Position numbers and translations under genes: made by a program. From contig OY734803.1 of the NCBI GenBank assembly GCA_963457535.1, positions 1,812,977 to 1,876,976 of the forward strand: 64,000 bases of DNA. Reading direction: 5' to 3'. This DNA is from Arenicellales bacterium (GTDB lineage Bacteria; Pseudomonadota; Gammaproteobacteria; Arenicellales; Poriferihabitantaceae). Positions 8,900 through 19,699 of the stretch are shown here, in pieces. The notes below the pieces were generated by a model, which saw nothing but the letters and a program-made list of their open reading frames with translations, made no database searches and had not been told where the DNA came from. The stretch's first letter is position 1. Every line of letters starts with the position of its first letter.

Positions 8900-9913
8900 T
8901 CAGCACCCGCGCCGCGCCGCAAAATCGGCGAGCGAAATCAGCGCTTGTTTTGCCGGCGATTCGCCGATGGCGGCGAGCGCATCGGCGGCCTCCGCCGCGC
9001 GCCGCCGCGCGAGTTCCGCAGTGTAATCCAATGCGCCGGTGGATGCAAGGATTTCCAGCACTTCGCCGAGCCGCTCGCGCTCGCCGTTTTCAATCGCGCG
9101 GCGCAGCGTCGCGCGCTGGCGCGAATCGCCGCGGCGCATGGCGTGAATCAGCGGCAGCGTCGGCTTGCCTTCGGCCAAATCGTCGCCGGCGTTTTTGCCG
9201 AGCGCGCCGCTGTCGGCGGTGTAATCCAGCATGTCGTCGGTCAATTGAAAGGCGTCTCCGAGCGCGCCGCCGTATGCGGCAAGCGCCGGCGCCCAGTCGT
9301 CGCGCGCGCCGATGACCGCGCCGAGTTGCGCCGCCGCGGCAAAAAGCGCCGCGGTTTTTCGGCGGATGGTTTCCAGGTATTCGGCCTCGCCGGTGGAGGC
9401 CGAGCGCATGTTCATTAACTGCATCACCTCGCCCTCGGCGATGGTGTTGGTGGTCGCGGCGAGAATGTGCATGACTTCCATGTTGCCCGGCTCTATCATC
9501 ATTTCAAACGCGCGCGAATAGAGAAAGTCGCCGACCAGCACGCTGGACTGGTTGCCCCAGATTTGGTTGGCGGTGGCGCGCCCGCGGCGCATCGCCGAGG
9601 CGTCCACCACGTCGTCGTGCAGCAGCGTCGCGGTGTGAATGAATTCAATCACCGCGGCGAGCAGGATGTGGTGGTCGCCGCGGCAGCCGGCGGCTTTCGC
9701 GCTCAGCAGCAGAATCATCGGGCGCAGCCGCTTGCCGCCGCTTTGGATGATGTGCGCGCCGAGCGCGCGGATCAATTCAATGTCCGAATCCAGCCGCGCG
9801 CGAATGACGCGGTCGACCGCCTCCAATTCCGGCGCGACCAAATCGGTCGCCGATTGCAGCAGGAGATCGGGCTCGGGCGGCGCGATTTGCGCGGCCGCGT
9901 GGGACTGGGTCAT
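8900..9913 (-). CDS. ispB: Octaprenyl-diphosphate synthase (long-chain polyprenyl synthase)
   Basis: ORF 8900..10030 trimmed to ATG 9913 (MTQSHAAAQ...). It has the two Asp-rich motifs LLHDDVVDAS and LTDDMLDY. It sits divergent from rplU-rpmA, which is the usual arrangement. Confidence 0.9.
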   Translation of the reverse strand: MTQSHAAAQIAPPEPDLLLQSATDLVAPELEAVDRVIRARLDSDIELIRALGAHIIQSGGKRLRPMILLLSAKAAGCRGDHHILLAAVIEFIHTATLLHDDVVDASAMRRGRATANQIWGNQSSVLVGDFLYSRAFEMMIEPGNMEVMHILAATTNTIAEGEVMQLMNMRSASTGEAEYLETIRRKTAALFAAAAQLGAVIGARDDWAPALAAYGGALGDAFQLTDDMLDYTADSGALGKNAGDDLAEGKPTLPLIHAMRRGDSRQRATLRRAIENGERERLGEVLEILASTGALDYTAELARRRAAEAADALAAIGESPAKQALISLADFAARRGC

Positions 9914-10034
9914 GGCGGTGGTGGCGGGGTGGAAGCGGGATTGTAGCCGACTTGGGGCGGTCTGCGGCGGTCCCGCAGCCGCCCCGAACCGGTAATTTGC
10001 GCCCGAAAAATTTCGCATTTCCGGCGGCATTCGG

Positions 10035-10063
10035 TTGACGGCGCGGGCGCGGGCGGGTATACT
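10035..10063 (+). promoter_or_regulatory. Putative sigma70 promoter of rplU-rpmA
   Basis: TTGACG (10035-10040), a 17-nt spacer, then TATACT (10058-10063). The SD CAGGAG is at 10075-10080 and the ATG at 10090. Confidence 0.5.
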
Positions 10064-10089
10064 CCGCCTCCTTTCAGGAGTCCCGCAAA

Positions 10090-10614
10090 ATGTACGCAGT
10101 AATTGAAACCGGCGGCAAGCAGTATAAAGTCGCCCTCGGAGACAAACTCAAGGTGGAAAAACTGGCGGCCGAAGCCGGCGCCTCGGTGCGCCCGCGCGTG
10201 CTGCTGGTGGCGAACGGCGGCGATGTCGCGGCCGGCGCGCCTGCGGCCAAGACCGAAGTTTCGGCGAAAGTTTTGTCGCATGGCCGCGGCGAAAAAATCC
10301 GCGTGTTTAAGATGAAGCGGCGCAAAGGCTACCGCCGCACCATCGGCCACCGCCAGTCCTACACCGAGATTCAGATCACCGCAATCGGCGGCGAAAAATT
10401 CACCGGCGAAAAGCCCGCGCAAAACTCCGCGAAGAAAACCTCCGCGAAAACTTCCGCAAAGAAAGCCGAGGAAAAAACTTCGGAAAAAAGTTCCGCGAAA
10501 AAAGCCGGGGCGAAAAAAGCCGGGGCGAAAAAATCTTCCGCGAAAACTTCCGCAAAGAAAACCACCGCGAAAAAATCTTCCGCGAAAACCTCCGCGGCAA
10601 ACGCAACCGAATAG
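10090..10614 (+). CDS. rplU: 50S ribosomal protein L21 with a ~70-aa Ala/Lys/Ser-rich C-terminal extension
   Basis: ORF 10090..10614. The core is [14 protein letters not shown]...[38 protein letters not shown]. The tail is [55 protein letters not shown]. Confidence 0.93.
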   Translation: MYAVIETGGKQYKVALGDKLKVEKLAAEAGASVRPRVLLVANGGDVAAGAPAAKTEVSAKVLSHGRGEKIRVFKMKRRKGYRRTIGHRQSYTEIQITAIGGEKFTGEKPAQNSAKKTSAKTSAKKAEEKTSEKSSAKKAGAKKAGAKKSSAKTSAKKTTAKKSSAKTSAANATE

Positions 10615-10624
10615 GAGCAAAACC

Positions 10625-10882
10625 ATGGCACACAAAAAAGCCGGCGGAAGTTCGCGCAACGGCCGCGACTCCGCCTCCAAGCGACTCGGTATCAAAAAAT
10701 ACGGCGGCGAGCGCGTCCTCGCCGGCAACATTTTGGTGCGCCAGCGCGGCACCACCTTCCACCCCGGCAGCAATGTCCGCGCCGGCCGCGACTACACGCT
10801 GTTCGCCACCACCGCAGGCAAGGTGTCCTTCCACACGCGCGGGCGGCGCGGGCGCAAAACCGTGAGCGTCCTCGCCGAATAG
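10625..10882 (+). CDS. rpmA: 50S ribosomal protein L27
   Basis: ORF 10625..10882, starting [29 protein letters not shown]... Confidence 0.97.
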   Translation: MAHKKAGGSSRNGRDSASKRLGIKKYGGERVLAGNILVRQRGTTFHPGSNVRAGRDYTLFATTAGKVSFHTRGRRGRKTVSVLAE

Positions 10883-10915
10883 GCGCAATCGGCCAACCTG
10901 GCCAAATCCGCTTGA

Positions 10916-13083
<2,168 letters not shown>

Positions 13084-13088
13084 AGTTT

Positions 13089-13352
13089 TTAGCCGAGCGC
13101 GCGCAGGCGGTTGTTCAGGCGGCGCTTCAGCCGCGCCGCACGGTTTTTGCGGTGCAGTCCCTTGTTCGCGGCGCGGTCAATCGCGGCGCCGGCCGCGCGG
13201 TATGCGCCGGCCGCGGCCTCGCGGTCGCCGCCGCCGGCGAGTTTCAGGAATTTCTTGATGGCGGTGCGCAACGCCGAGCGCCCGCTCATATTGCGCAGGC
13301 GGCGGCGGGTGTTCTGGCGCGCGCGTTTGCGCGATTGGATTGTGTTTGCCAC
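13089..13352 (-). CDS. rpsT: 30S ribosomal protein S20
   Basis: ORF 13089..13499 trimmed to GTG 13352 (cac 13350-13352). This gives (M)ANTIQSRKRARQNTRRRLRN..., 87 aa, the normal S20 length. Confidence 0.9.
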   Translation of the reverse strand: MANTIQSRKRARQNTRRRLRNMSGRSALRTAIKKFLKLAGGGDREAAAGAYRAAGAAIDRAANKGLHRKNRAARLKRRLNNRLRALG

Positions 13353-13416
13353 GATGGTTTTCGGGTGATTCCGCGTTCGGTGATAGGGCGCGCGAGTATC
13401 GGCGATTTCGCGGCGA

Positions 13417-15102
13417 ATGTCAAGCGCCGTCCCTAAAACCTCAGCCGCCAAATCCCGCATAATCCCGCTGTTTTCCCATTCCGCCCCGCGCCGCTCCAAG
13501 CGGCGGCGCGCCCCTCGTCCCGCTCAATTGTTCGCCAAACTCCTCCAATCCACCACGGTCATCGGCGCGATGACGCTGTTGTCGCGCATTACCGGGCTGC
13601 TGCGCGATGTGGTGTTCGCGAATTTGCTCGGCGACCGCGCCGCGGCCGATGTGTTTTTTGTCGCCTTCCGCATTCCCAATTTTTTCCGGCGGCTTTCCGG
13701 CGAGGGCGCGTTCGCGGCCGCGTTCGTGCCGGTGTTCACCGATTACCGCATGCACAAGCCGCCCGCGACCGCCCGGCGGTTTGTGGAATTGCTGCTCGGG
13801 CGGTTCGGGCTGATTCTGTTTGCCGCCTCGGCCGTCGGCGTGTTCGCCGCGCCGGCGCTGGTGGCGATGATCGCGCCGGGGTTTTTGCGCGAGCCGGAGC
13901 AGTTTGAAATGGCGGTGCGCGCGACCCGCCTTACTTTTCCGTATGTGTTTTTTATTTCACTGATCGCGCTTTCCGCGGGAATGCTGAACACCTGCGGCCG
14001 CTTCGCCGCGCCGGCGGCGACGCCGGTGTTGCTGAACATCTGCCTGATATCGGCGGCGTGGTGGCTGGCGCCGCATTTTGCCGAGGCGCCGATCGCGCTC
14101 GCGCTCGGCGTGCTCGCCGCCGGAGTCGCGCAGTTGCTGTTTCAAGTTCCGTTTTTGCGAAGTGAAAAATTGCCGATGCGCCCGCGCCTGGCGCGCCGCC
14201 GCGGCAGCGAGACGGACGACTCGGCCGCGGCCGGCGTGGCGCAGGTGTTTAAGTTGACCGTGCCGGCGATTTTCGGCGTGTCGGTTGCGCAGATCAATGT
14301 GCTGGTCGGCACGCTGCTCGCCTCGTTCCTCGCCACCGGCAGCATTTCCTGGCTGTATTACTCCGACCGGCTGATGGAGTTTCCGGTCGGCGTTTTCGGC
14401 ATCGCGCTCGGCACCGCGATTTTGCCGAGTCTGTCGCGCGCGCAAAGCGCCGGCGCGCCGGCCGAGTTTTCACAGACGCTGGACTGGGCGGCGCGCTGGG
14501 TGTTTCTGATTTGCGCGCCGGCGACCGTCGGGCTTGTCGCGCTGGCCGTGCCGATGATTTCCACCATCTTTTTTCACGGCGATTTCAGCGCGCACGGCGT
14601 GCGCATGGCGGCGGCGAGTCTGGCCGCGTTCGCGTTCGGGCTGGGCGCGATCGTCATGGTGAAAATCCTCGCGCCCGGCTACTACGCGCGCAAGGACACG
14701 CGCACGCCGGTGCGCATCGCTGTGTGGGCGATGGGCGCGAACATCGTGCTGAGTCTGGCGCTGGTCTGGCCGCTGCGGCATGTCGGGCTGGCGCTGGCGA
14801 CTTCGCTCGCCGCCTACCTCAACGCCGCGCTGCTGTGGCGCGGGTTGCTGCGCGCGCGCGTCTACCGCGCAGGTCCCGGCTGGGCCGGGTTTCTCGGCAA
14901 GGTATTTATGGCCGCGCTGGCCATGGGCGCGCTGCTGTGGTGGGGCGGCGGCGACGCCGCCGAGTGGATGGTGATGCCGCCGACCGAGCGCGCGCTGCGG
15001 CTGCTGGGCTGGGTGGTCGCCGGCGGCGCGTGTTATTTCGCTGCGCTCGCGCTGCTCGGCTGGCGGCCGCGGCACATGCTGCGCGCGGCGCGGGCCGGCT
15101 GA
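13417..15102 (+). CDS. murJ: Lipid II flippase MurJ (MviN)
   Basis: ORF 13417..15102. The conserved MurJ N-terminus begins around LFAKLLQSTTVIGAMTLLSRITGLLRDVVFANLLG..DVFFVAFRIPNFFRRL. A TTG at 13528 would give a typical ~524-aa length, so the start is uncertain. Confidence 0.9.
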   Translation: MSSAVPKTSAAKSRIIPLFSHSAPRRSKRRRAPRPAQLFAKLLQSTTVIGAMTLLSRITGLLRDVVFANLLGDRAAADVFFVAFRIPNFFRRLSGEGAFAAAFVPVFTDYRMHKPPATARRFVELLLGRFGLILFAASAVGVFAAPALVAMIAPGFLREPEQFEMAVRATRLTFPYVFFISLIALSAGMLNTCGRFAAPAATPVLLNICLISAAWWLAPHFAEAPIALALGVLAAGVAQLLFQVPFLRSEKLPMRPRLARRRGSETDDSAAAGVAQVFKLTVPAIFGVSVAQINVLVGTLLASFLATGSISWLYYSDRLMEFPVGVFGIALGTAILPSLSRAQSAGAPAEFSQTLDWAARWVFLICAPATVGLVALAVPMISTIFFHGDFSAHGVRMAAASLAAFAFGLGAIVMVKILAPGYYARKDTRTPVRIAVWAMGANIVLSLALVWPLRHVGLALATSLAAYLNAALLWRGLLRARVYRAGPGWAGFLGKVFMAALAMGALLWWGGGDAAEWMVMPPTERALRLLGWVVAGGACYFAALALLGWRPRHMLRAARAG

Positions 15103-15141
15103 GTTCGCCGCAAAATTTCGGCGGAAATTTAATACGCGCGA

Positions 15142-16092
15142 ATGAAACTGCTCCGCTCGTTCAATTCCGGCGCGCTGCCGCGCGGCGGTTGCGCGCTGAC
15201 CATCGGCAATTTTGACGCGGTGCACCGCGGCCACCGCGCGATGCTGCGGCGCCTGCGCGAGGTTGCGCGCGCGCGCAATCTGCCGGCGGTGGTCATGACT
15301 TTTGATCCGCCGCCGCAGGATTATTTTCGCTCGGAGGCCGCGCCGCCGCGCCTGACTACGGCGGCGACGCGTTTTTTTGCGTTGCGCGAATGCGGCGCGG
15401 ATTTCATGCTCAGCGTTAAGTTCAACCGCGCGCTGGCGCAGACCGGCGCCGAAGAATTCGTGCGCGAACACATCGCGGAAAAATTGCGCGTGAAATTTTT
15501 GCTGGTCGGCGACGATTTTCGCTTCGGCGCGCGCCGCGCCGGCGACTTTCAAATGCTGCGGCGCATGGCGGCCGAATGCGGCTATGAAGTGGAACTCTTC
15601 GGCGAGGTCGGCGAACACGGCCGGCGCATCAGCAGCACCCGCGTGCGCGAATTGCTCGCCGCCGGCGATTTGCCCGGCGCGGCGCAATTGCTCGGGCGGA
15701 ATTACACCCACGCGGGCCGGGTGATGCGCGGCGCGCGGCGCGGCCGCGAATGGGGTTTCCCGACGATCAATCTAGCCATTCGCCACCGCGCCGCGCTCGC
15801 CGGCATTTTTGCGGTGCGCGTCGCAGGTTTGCGTGATGACGGCGGCGCGATTGACGGCGTCGCCAGTCTCGGCCGCCGCCCGAGCGTGCGCGCGGCGAAG
15901 GGCGCGCCGGCGGTGCTGCTGGAGGCGCATCTGTTTGATTACGACGCGGATGCATACGGCAAGCGCGTTTGCGTGGAGTTCGTTGGAAAAATTCGCGACG
16001 AGGAAGTGTTTGACGACTACCAAAAACTGATTGAACGCATCGGCAAAGACGCGCGCATCGCCAAGGAAATTCTGCGCGCGCAAAAAACATGA
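15142..16092 (+). CDS. ribF: Bifunctional riboflavin kinase / FMN adenylyltransferase
   Basis: ORF 15142..16092. Motifs: GNFDAVHRGH, the kinase part GRVMRGARRGREWGFPTINL, and a C-terminal FVGKIRDEEVF. Confidence 0.94.
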   Translation: MKLLRSFNSGALPRGGCALTIGNFDAVHRGHRAMLRRLREVARARNLPAVVMTFDPPPQDYFRSEAAPPRLTTAATRFFALRECGADFMLSVKFNRALAQTGAEEFVREHIAEKLRVKFLLVGDDFRFGARRAGDFQMLRRMAAECGYEVELFGEVGEHGRRISSTRVRELLAAGDLPGAAQLLGRNYTHAGRVMRGARRGREWGFPTINLAIRHRAALAGIFAVRVAGLRDDGGAIDGVASLGRRPSVRAAKGAPAVLLEAHLFDYDADAYGKRVCVEFVGKIRDEEVFDDYQKLIERIGKDARIAKEILRAQKT

Positions 16093-16613
16093 ACGCGCCG
16101 GAAAAAAACGCGCATGACTTGGCGCGCCGCGCCAACCGCAATTTCGCCGTTGCGGTCGCGCTCGCCGCGGCCGTGTTCGCGCTGGACCAAATCAGCAAGC
16201 GCGTCGCGGTTGCGCAATTGGCCGGCGCGCCGGTGGAAATCCTGCCGGTCTTTCAGTTCGCGCTGGTGTTCAACCAGGGCGCGGCCTTCGGCTTTCTCGG
16301 AGACGCCGGCGGCTGGCAGCGGTTTTTTCTTATCGGCGTGGCCGCGCTGGTGTCGGCGGCGCTGCCGGTCTGGATGTGGCGCGCGCGCGGCGGCGGCGCG
16401 CTTTTGGTGTGCGCGCTCGCGCTGCTGCTCGGCGGCGCGCTCGGCAACCTCGCCGACCGCCTGCTGCACCACCATGTCATTGATTTCATCGTGCTGCATT
16501 ACCGCCACTGGTATTTTCCGGCGTTCAACCTCGCCGACTCGGCGATCACCATCGGCGCCGGCGGCGTCATTCTGGAAAGTTTCATCCGGCCGCGCGCGCC
16601 CTTGCGGGTATAA
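16089..16613 (+). CDS. lspA: Lipoprotein signal peptidase (signal peptidase II)
   Basis: ORF 16089..16613 has an ATGA overlap with the ribF stop. Motifs: [37 protein letters not shown]. Confidence 0.93.
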   Translation: MNAPEKNAHDLARRANRNFAVAVALAAAVFALDQISKRVAVAQLAGAPVEILPVFQFALVFNQGAAFGFLGDAGGWQRFFLIGVAALVSAALPVWMWRARGGGALLVCALALLLGGALGNLADRLLHHHVIDFIVLHYRHWYFPAFNLADSAITIGAGGVILESFIRPRAPLRV

Positions 16614-16620
16614 TTTCGCG

Positions 16621-17553
16621 ATGCAAGTCTTGCTCGCCAACCCGCGGGGTTTTTGCGCCGGCGTCGACCGCGCGATAGAAATCGTTGAGCGCGCGCTGGA
16701 AAAACACGGCGCGCCGGTCTATGTGCGCCACGAAGTCGTGCATAACCGCGTGGTGGTGGAGCGCCTGCGAAAACGCGGCGCGGTGTTCGTGGACGACCTG
16801 AACGAAGTGCCGCCGTCGGCGACCGTGATTTTCAGCGCGCACGGCGTCTCGCGCCAGGTGCGAAGCGGCGCCGACGCGCGCGCCTTAAATGTGCTGGACG
16901 CGACCTGCCCGCTGGTTACCAAGGTGCATTTTGAAGTGCGCCAATACCGCAAGCGCGGTTTGGAAGTGGTGCTGATCGGCCACGCCGGCCACCCCGAAGT
17001 GGAAGGGACGATGGGGCAGGCCGACGGCGGAATTTATTTGGTGGAGAGCGCCGAAGATGTCGCGCGCTTAAATGTGCGCGATCCGTCGCGCCTCGCCTAT
17101 GTCAGCCAGACGACGCTGTCGGTGGACGACACCGCGCGCATCGTGGAGAAATTGCGCGCGCGTTTTCCGGCGATTACCGGTCCGAAAAAAAACGACATCT
17201 GCTACGCCACGCAAAACCGCCAGGACGCGGTCAAACAACTCGCGCGCGAATGCGACATCGTCTTCGTGGTCGGCTCGCCGAACAGTTCCAATTCCAACCG
17301 CCTGCGCGAGATCGCCGAATCCTGCGGCGCGCCCGCGTATTTAATCGACGGGCCCGAGGAAATCCGCGATGAATGGCTCGCCGGAAAAAAACGCGCGGGG
17401 GTAACCGCCGGCGCCTCGGCGCCCGAATCGCTGGTGGCCGCGGTGGCCGCGCATCTGGGGAAGGGAAAAGCGGCGCGGGAATTGTCGGGACCGCGCGAGC
17501 GGGTTTCGTTTTCGCTGCCGGCGAGTTTGCGCGAGGGGACGCCGCCGCAATAA
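16621..17553 (+). CDS. ispH: 4-hydroxy-3-methylbut-2-enyl diphosphate reductase
   Basis: This is the frame of ORF 16114..17553, trimmed to ATG 16621 ([26 protein letters not shown]...). The upstream part of that ORF overlaps lspA in another frame and is not coding. Confidence 0.94.
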   Translation: MQVLLANPRGFCAGVDRAIEIVERALEKHGAPVYVRHEVVHNRVVVERLRKRGAVFVDDLNEVPPSATVIFSAHGVSRQVRSGADARALNVLDATCPLVTKVHFEVRQYRKRGLEVVLIGHAGHPEVEGTMGQADGGIYLVESAEDVARLNVRDPSRLAYVSQTTLSVDDTARIVEKLRARFPAITGPKKNDICYATQNRQDAVKQLARECDIVFVVGSPNSSNSNRLREIAESCGAPAYLIDGPEEIRDEWLAGKKRAGVTAGASAPESLVAAVAAHLGKGKAARELSGPRERVSFSLPASLREGTPPQ

Positions 17554-17563
17554 AAATCGCCGC

Positions 17564-17641
17564 GGAAAAACCTCTGCGGAAAAAGTGCTACGGAAAAACT
17601 TCCATGGAAAAAGCGCCGTCAAAAAAATCCCTATGGAAAAG
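17564..17641. repeat. Array of GGAAAAA motifs with an exact 14-bp period
   Basis: GGAAAAA starts at 17564, 17578, 17592 and 17606. An A7 run follows at 17621, then GGAAAAG at 17635. The array lies between the ispH stop (17553) and the 3' end of tRNA-Ser (17648). Confidence 0.85.
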
Positions 17642-17647
17642 GGGGAA

Positions 17648-17735
17648 TGGCGGAGAGCGAGGGATTCGAACCCCCGGACCCGTGAGGGTCAACGGTTTTC
17701 AAGACCGCCGCATTCGACCGCTCTGCCAGCTCTCC
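17648..17735 (-). tRNA. tRNA-Ser (anticodon UGA)
   Basis: Reverse complement: GGAGAGCTGGCAGAGCGGTCGAATGCGGCGGTCTTGAAAACCGTTGACCCTCACGGGTCCGGGGGTTCGAATCCCTCGCTCTCCGCCA. It has a long variable arm, the anticodon loop CT-TGA-AA, and the acceptor pairing GGAGAGC/GCTCTCC. CCA is encoded. Confidence 0.92.
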
Positions 17736-17808
17736 TTAATGTCCGCGTCATTATAGCGGTGTCAAGCGGATTGTGGCGGTTTTTGCCGGGCGTGGTATCT
17801 TTCCCCCA

Positions 17809-18603
17809 ATGTCGTCCGCCCCGCCCAGTCTCGCCAGCGCGCCGCTCGGCGCGTTTGACTGCGTCCGCCACGCCTTTTACGGCCGCGAAGGCGGCGTGTC
17901 CGAGGGCGCGTTCGCCTCGCTCAATTGCAGCCCATTCGCCGGAGACGCGCCGCAGGCGGTGCGCGCCAACCGCGAACTCGTGGCGCGCGGCCTCGGCGCC
18001 GCCGATTTGTTCACCAACCACCAAGTGCACGGCGCGCGGGTGCGCGTGATTGGCGCGGACGCCGACCCGCGCGAAGTGGTGCGCGCCGACGGGCTGGTGA
18101 CCCGCGAGGCGCGCGCCTGCCTCGGCGTGCTCGCCGCCGACTGCGCGCCGGTGCTGTTCGCCGACGCGCAGGCGCGCGTCATCGGCGCCGCGCATGCCGG
18201 CTGGCGCGGCGCGCTGCTCGGCGTGACCGACGCGGTGATTGCGGCGATGACCGCCCTCGGCGCGCGTCCGGCGCGAATCGTCTGCGCGGTCGGGCCGGCG
18301 ATTCAGGCCGCCTCCTACCGCGTCGGCGCGCCTTTTCGGCGGCGGTTTTTTGACGGGGAATTGCCCTGCGAGGAGTTTTTCGGGCGCGACCGCGGGCGGG
18401 ACGGAGACCAAGACGAGGGGGGCTATTTCTTTGATTTGCCCGGCTATTTGCGGCGGCGGATTGCGCGCGCCGGCGTGGGGGAACCGGATGTGCTGCCGGA
18501 TGACACTTTCGCCGATTCGCGGCGGTTTTTCAGTTATCGCCGCAGTTGCACGCAGGGCGAGAAGGATTACGGGCGGCAAATCGGCGCAATCGCGCTGGTC
18601 TGA
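17809..18603 (+). CDS. pgeF: Peptidoglycan editing factor PgeF (YfiH / laccase-domain family)
   Basis: ORF 17773..18603 (GTG) trimmed to ATG 17809. Family motifs: NHQVHGARV, LAADCAPVLF, AHAGWRGAL. Confidence 0.85.
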   Translation: MSSAPPSLASAPLGAFDCVRHAFYGREGGVSEGAFASLNCSPFAGDAPQAVRANRELVARGLGAADLFTNHQVHGARVRVIGADADPREVVRADGLVTREARACLGVLAADCAPVLFADAQARVIGAAHAGWRGALLGVTDAVIAAMTALGARPARIVCAVGPAIQAASYRVGAPFRRRFFDGELPCEEFFGRDRGRDGDQDEGGYFFDLPGYLRRRIARAGVGEPDVLPDDTFADSRRFFSYRRSCTQGEKDYGRQIGAIALV

Positions 18604-18789
18604 CGGGAATTTTCTTTTCGGCCATTTTTGCGGGAAATTTCGCGTTTTTTCGCCGAAGTTCGCGGCATTTTCCGCGGAGATTTTCCCGCGCTGCGCCCGG
18701 CGGAATTCCGCAAAATTACCGCGAAAAACGCCGCAAAATCCGTGAAAATCCGCTAAAAATCGCTTAAATCCAAATCCCCCGCGAAAACC
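18603..18789. repeat. Intergenic motif array: T-tract units (TTTTC/TTTTCC) switching to A-tract units (GAAAA/CAAAA) around a CGGAATTCCG palindrome
   Basis: T-runs start at about 18610, 18615, 18625, 18638, 18645, 18668 and 18681. The palindrome cggaattccg is at 18701-18710. A-runs start at about 18712, 18724, 18736, 18745, 18755 and 18766. Confidence 0.75.
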
Positions 18790-19677
18790 ATGCAAATCGC
18801 CCTGATTCAGACTACTTCCGGCGACGATATTGACGCCAATTTGGCGCGCGCCGCCGAATATGTGGAGGAAGCGCGCGCCGGCGGGGCGGAAATCGCCGCG
18901 CTGCCGGAATGTTTCGCGCTGATGCCGAAAAATCGCGCGCAATTGCGCGCCTGCGCCGAAAATCACGGCGACGGAAAAATCCAGCGGTTTTTGGCGGATT
19001 TGGCGCGCCGCGCCGGAATTTGGATTCTCGCCGGCACTTTGCCGCTGCGCGCCGACCCCGACCGCGAGCGGGTTTTCAATTCCTCACTGGTTTTTGATCC
19101 GCGCGGCGAAAATGTCGCGCGGTACGACAAAATCCATCTTTTTGACGCCGATTTGCGCGACGCGAAAAGTCCCGCGGAAAATGAAAAACGCGCCGCAAAA
19201 AGTCCCGCGGAAAACCCGGCATCGCGCGAAAACGAGAGATACCGCGAATCCGCCTACACCGCCCCCGGCGGGGAATGCGTGGTGCAGCCGACGCCGGCCG
19301 GCGCGGTCGGCCTGTCGGTTTGTTATGATTTGCGCTTTCCGGAACTCTACCGAAAACTCGCCGCGCTCGGCGCGACTTGTTTTGCGGTGCCGTCGGCGTT
19401 TGCCTGCGCGACCGGCGCCGCGCACTGGGAAACCTTGCTGCGCGCGCGCGCCATTGAAAACGCATGTTATGTGTTCGCGGCTGCGCAAGTCGGCGCGCAT
19501 TCCGGCGGGCGGCGCACCTACGGGCACAGCGCGGTGATCGCTCCGTGGGGCGAGGTGGTCGCGCTGCGCGAAGACGCGCCCGGCATTTTGCGCGCCGAAA
19601 TTGACGCCGCGCGCGTCTCCGAGGCGCGCGCGCGGCTGCCGAGTTGGTCGCAGCGGCGGCCGCAACTTTTTTCATGA
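18790..19677 (+). CDS. Carbon-nitrogen hydrolase family protein (nitrilase-superfamily amidase)
   Basis: ORF 18790..19677. The catalytic triad context is LPECF (Glu), YDKIHLF (Lys) and SVCYDLRFPE (Cys). It contains a low-complexity insertion, AKSPAENEKRAAKSPAEN. Confidence 0.88.
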   Translation: MQIALIQTTSGDDIDANLARAAEYVEEARAGGAEIAALPECFALMPKNRAQLRACAENHGDGKIQRFLADLARRAGIWILAGTLPLRADPDRERVFNSSLVFDPRGENVARYDKIHLFDADLRDAKSPAENEKRAAKSPAENPASRENERYRESAYTAPGGECVVQPTPAGAVGLSVCYDLRFPELYRKLAALGATCFAVPSAFACATGAAHWETLLRARAIENACYVFAAAQVGAHSGGRRTYGHSAVIAPWGEVVALREDAPGILRAEIDAARVSEARARLPSWSQRRPQLFS

Positions 19678-19699
19678 ATCACAACCTGCACATTAATAT

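Noticed and set aside
16114-16620. N-terminal extensions in the ORF track for ispH (16114), murF (48078), murG (53219), murC (54489), murB (55937), murD (51043), rsmH (43966), ftsL (44469), rppH (to 43528) and ispB (to 10030).
   Set aside because: The extensions overlap the preceding gene in another frame, or consist of translated repeat DNA. The conserved family N-termini begin at the internal starts I list.
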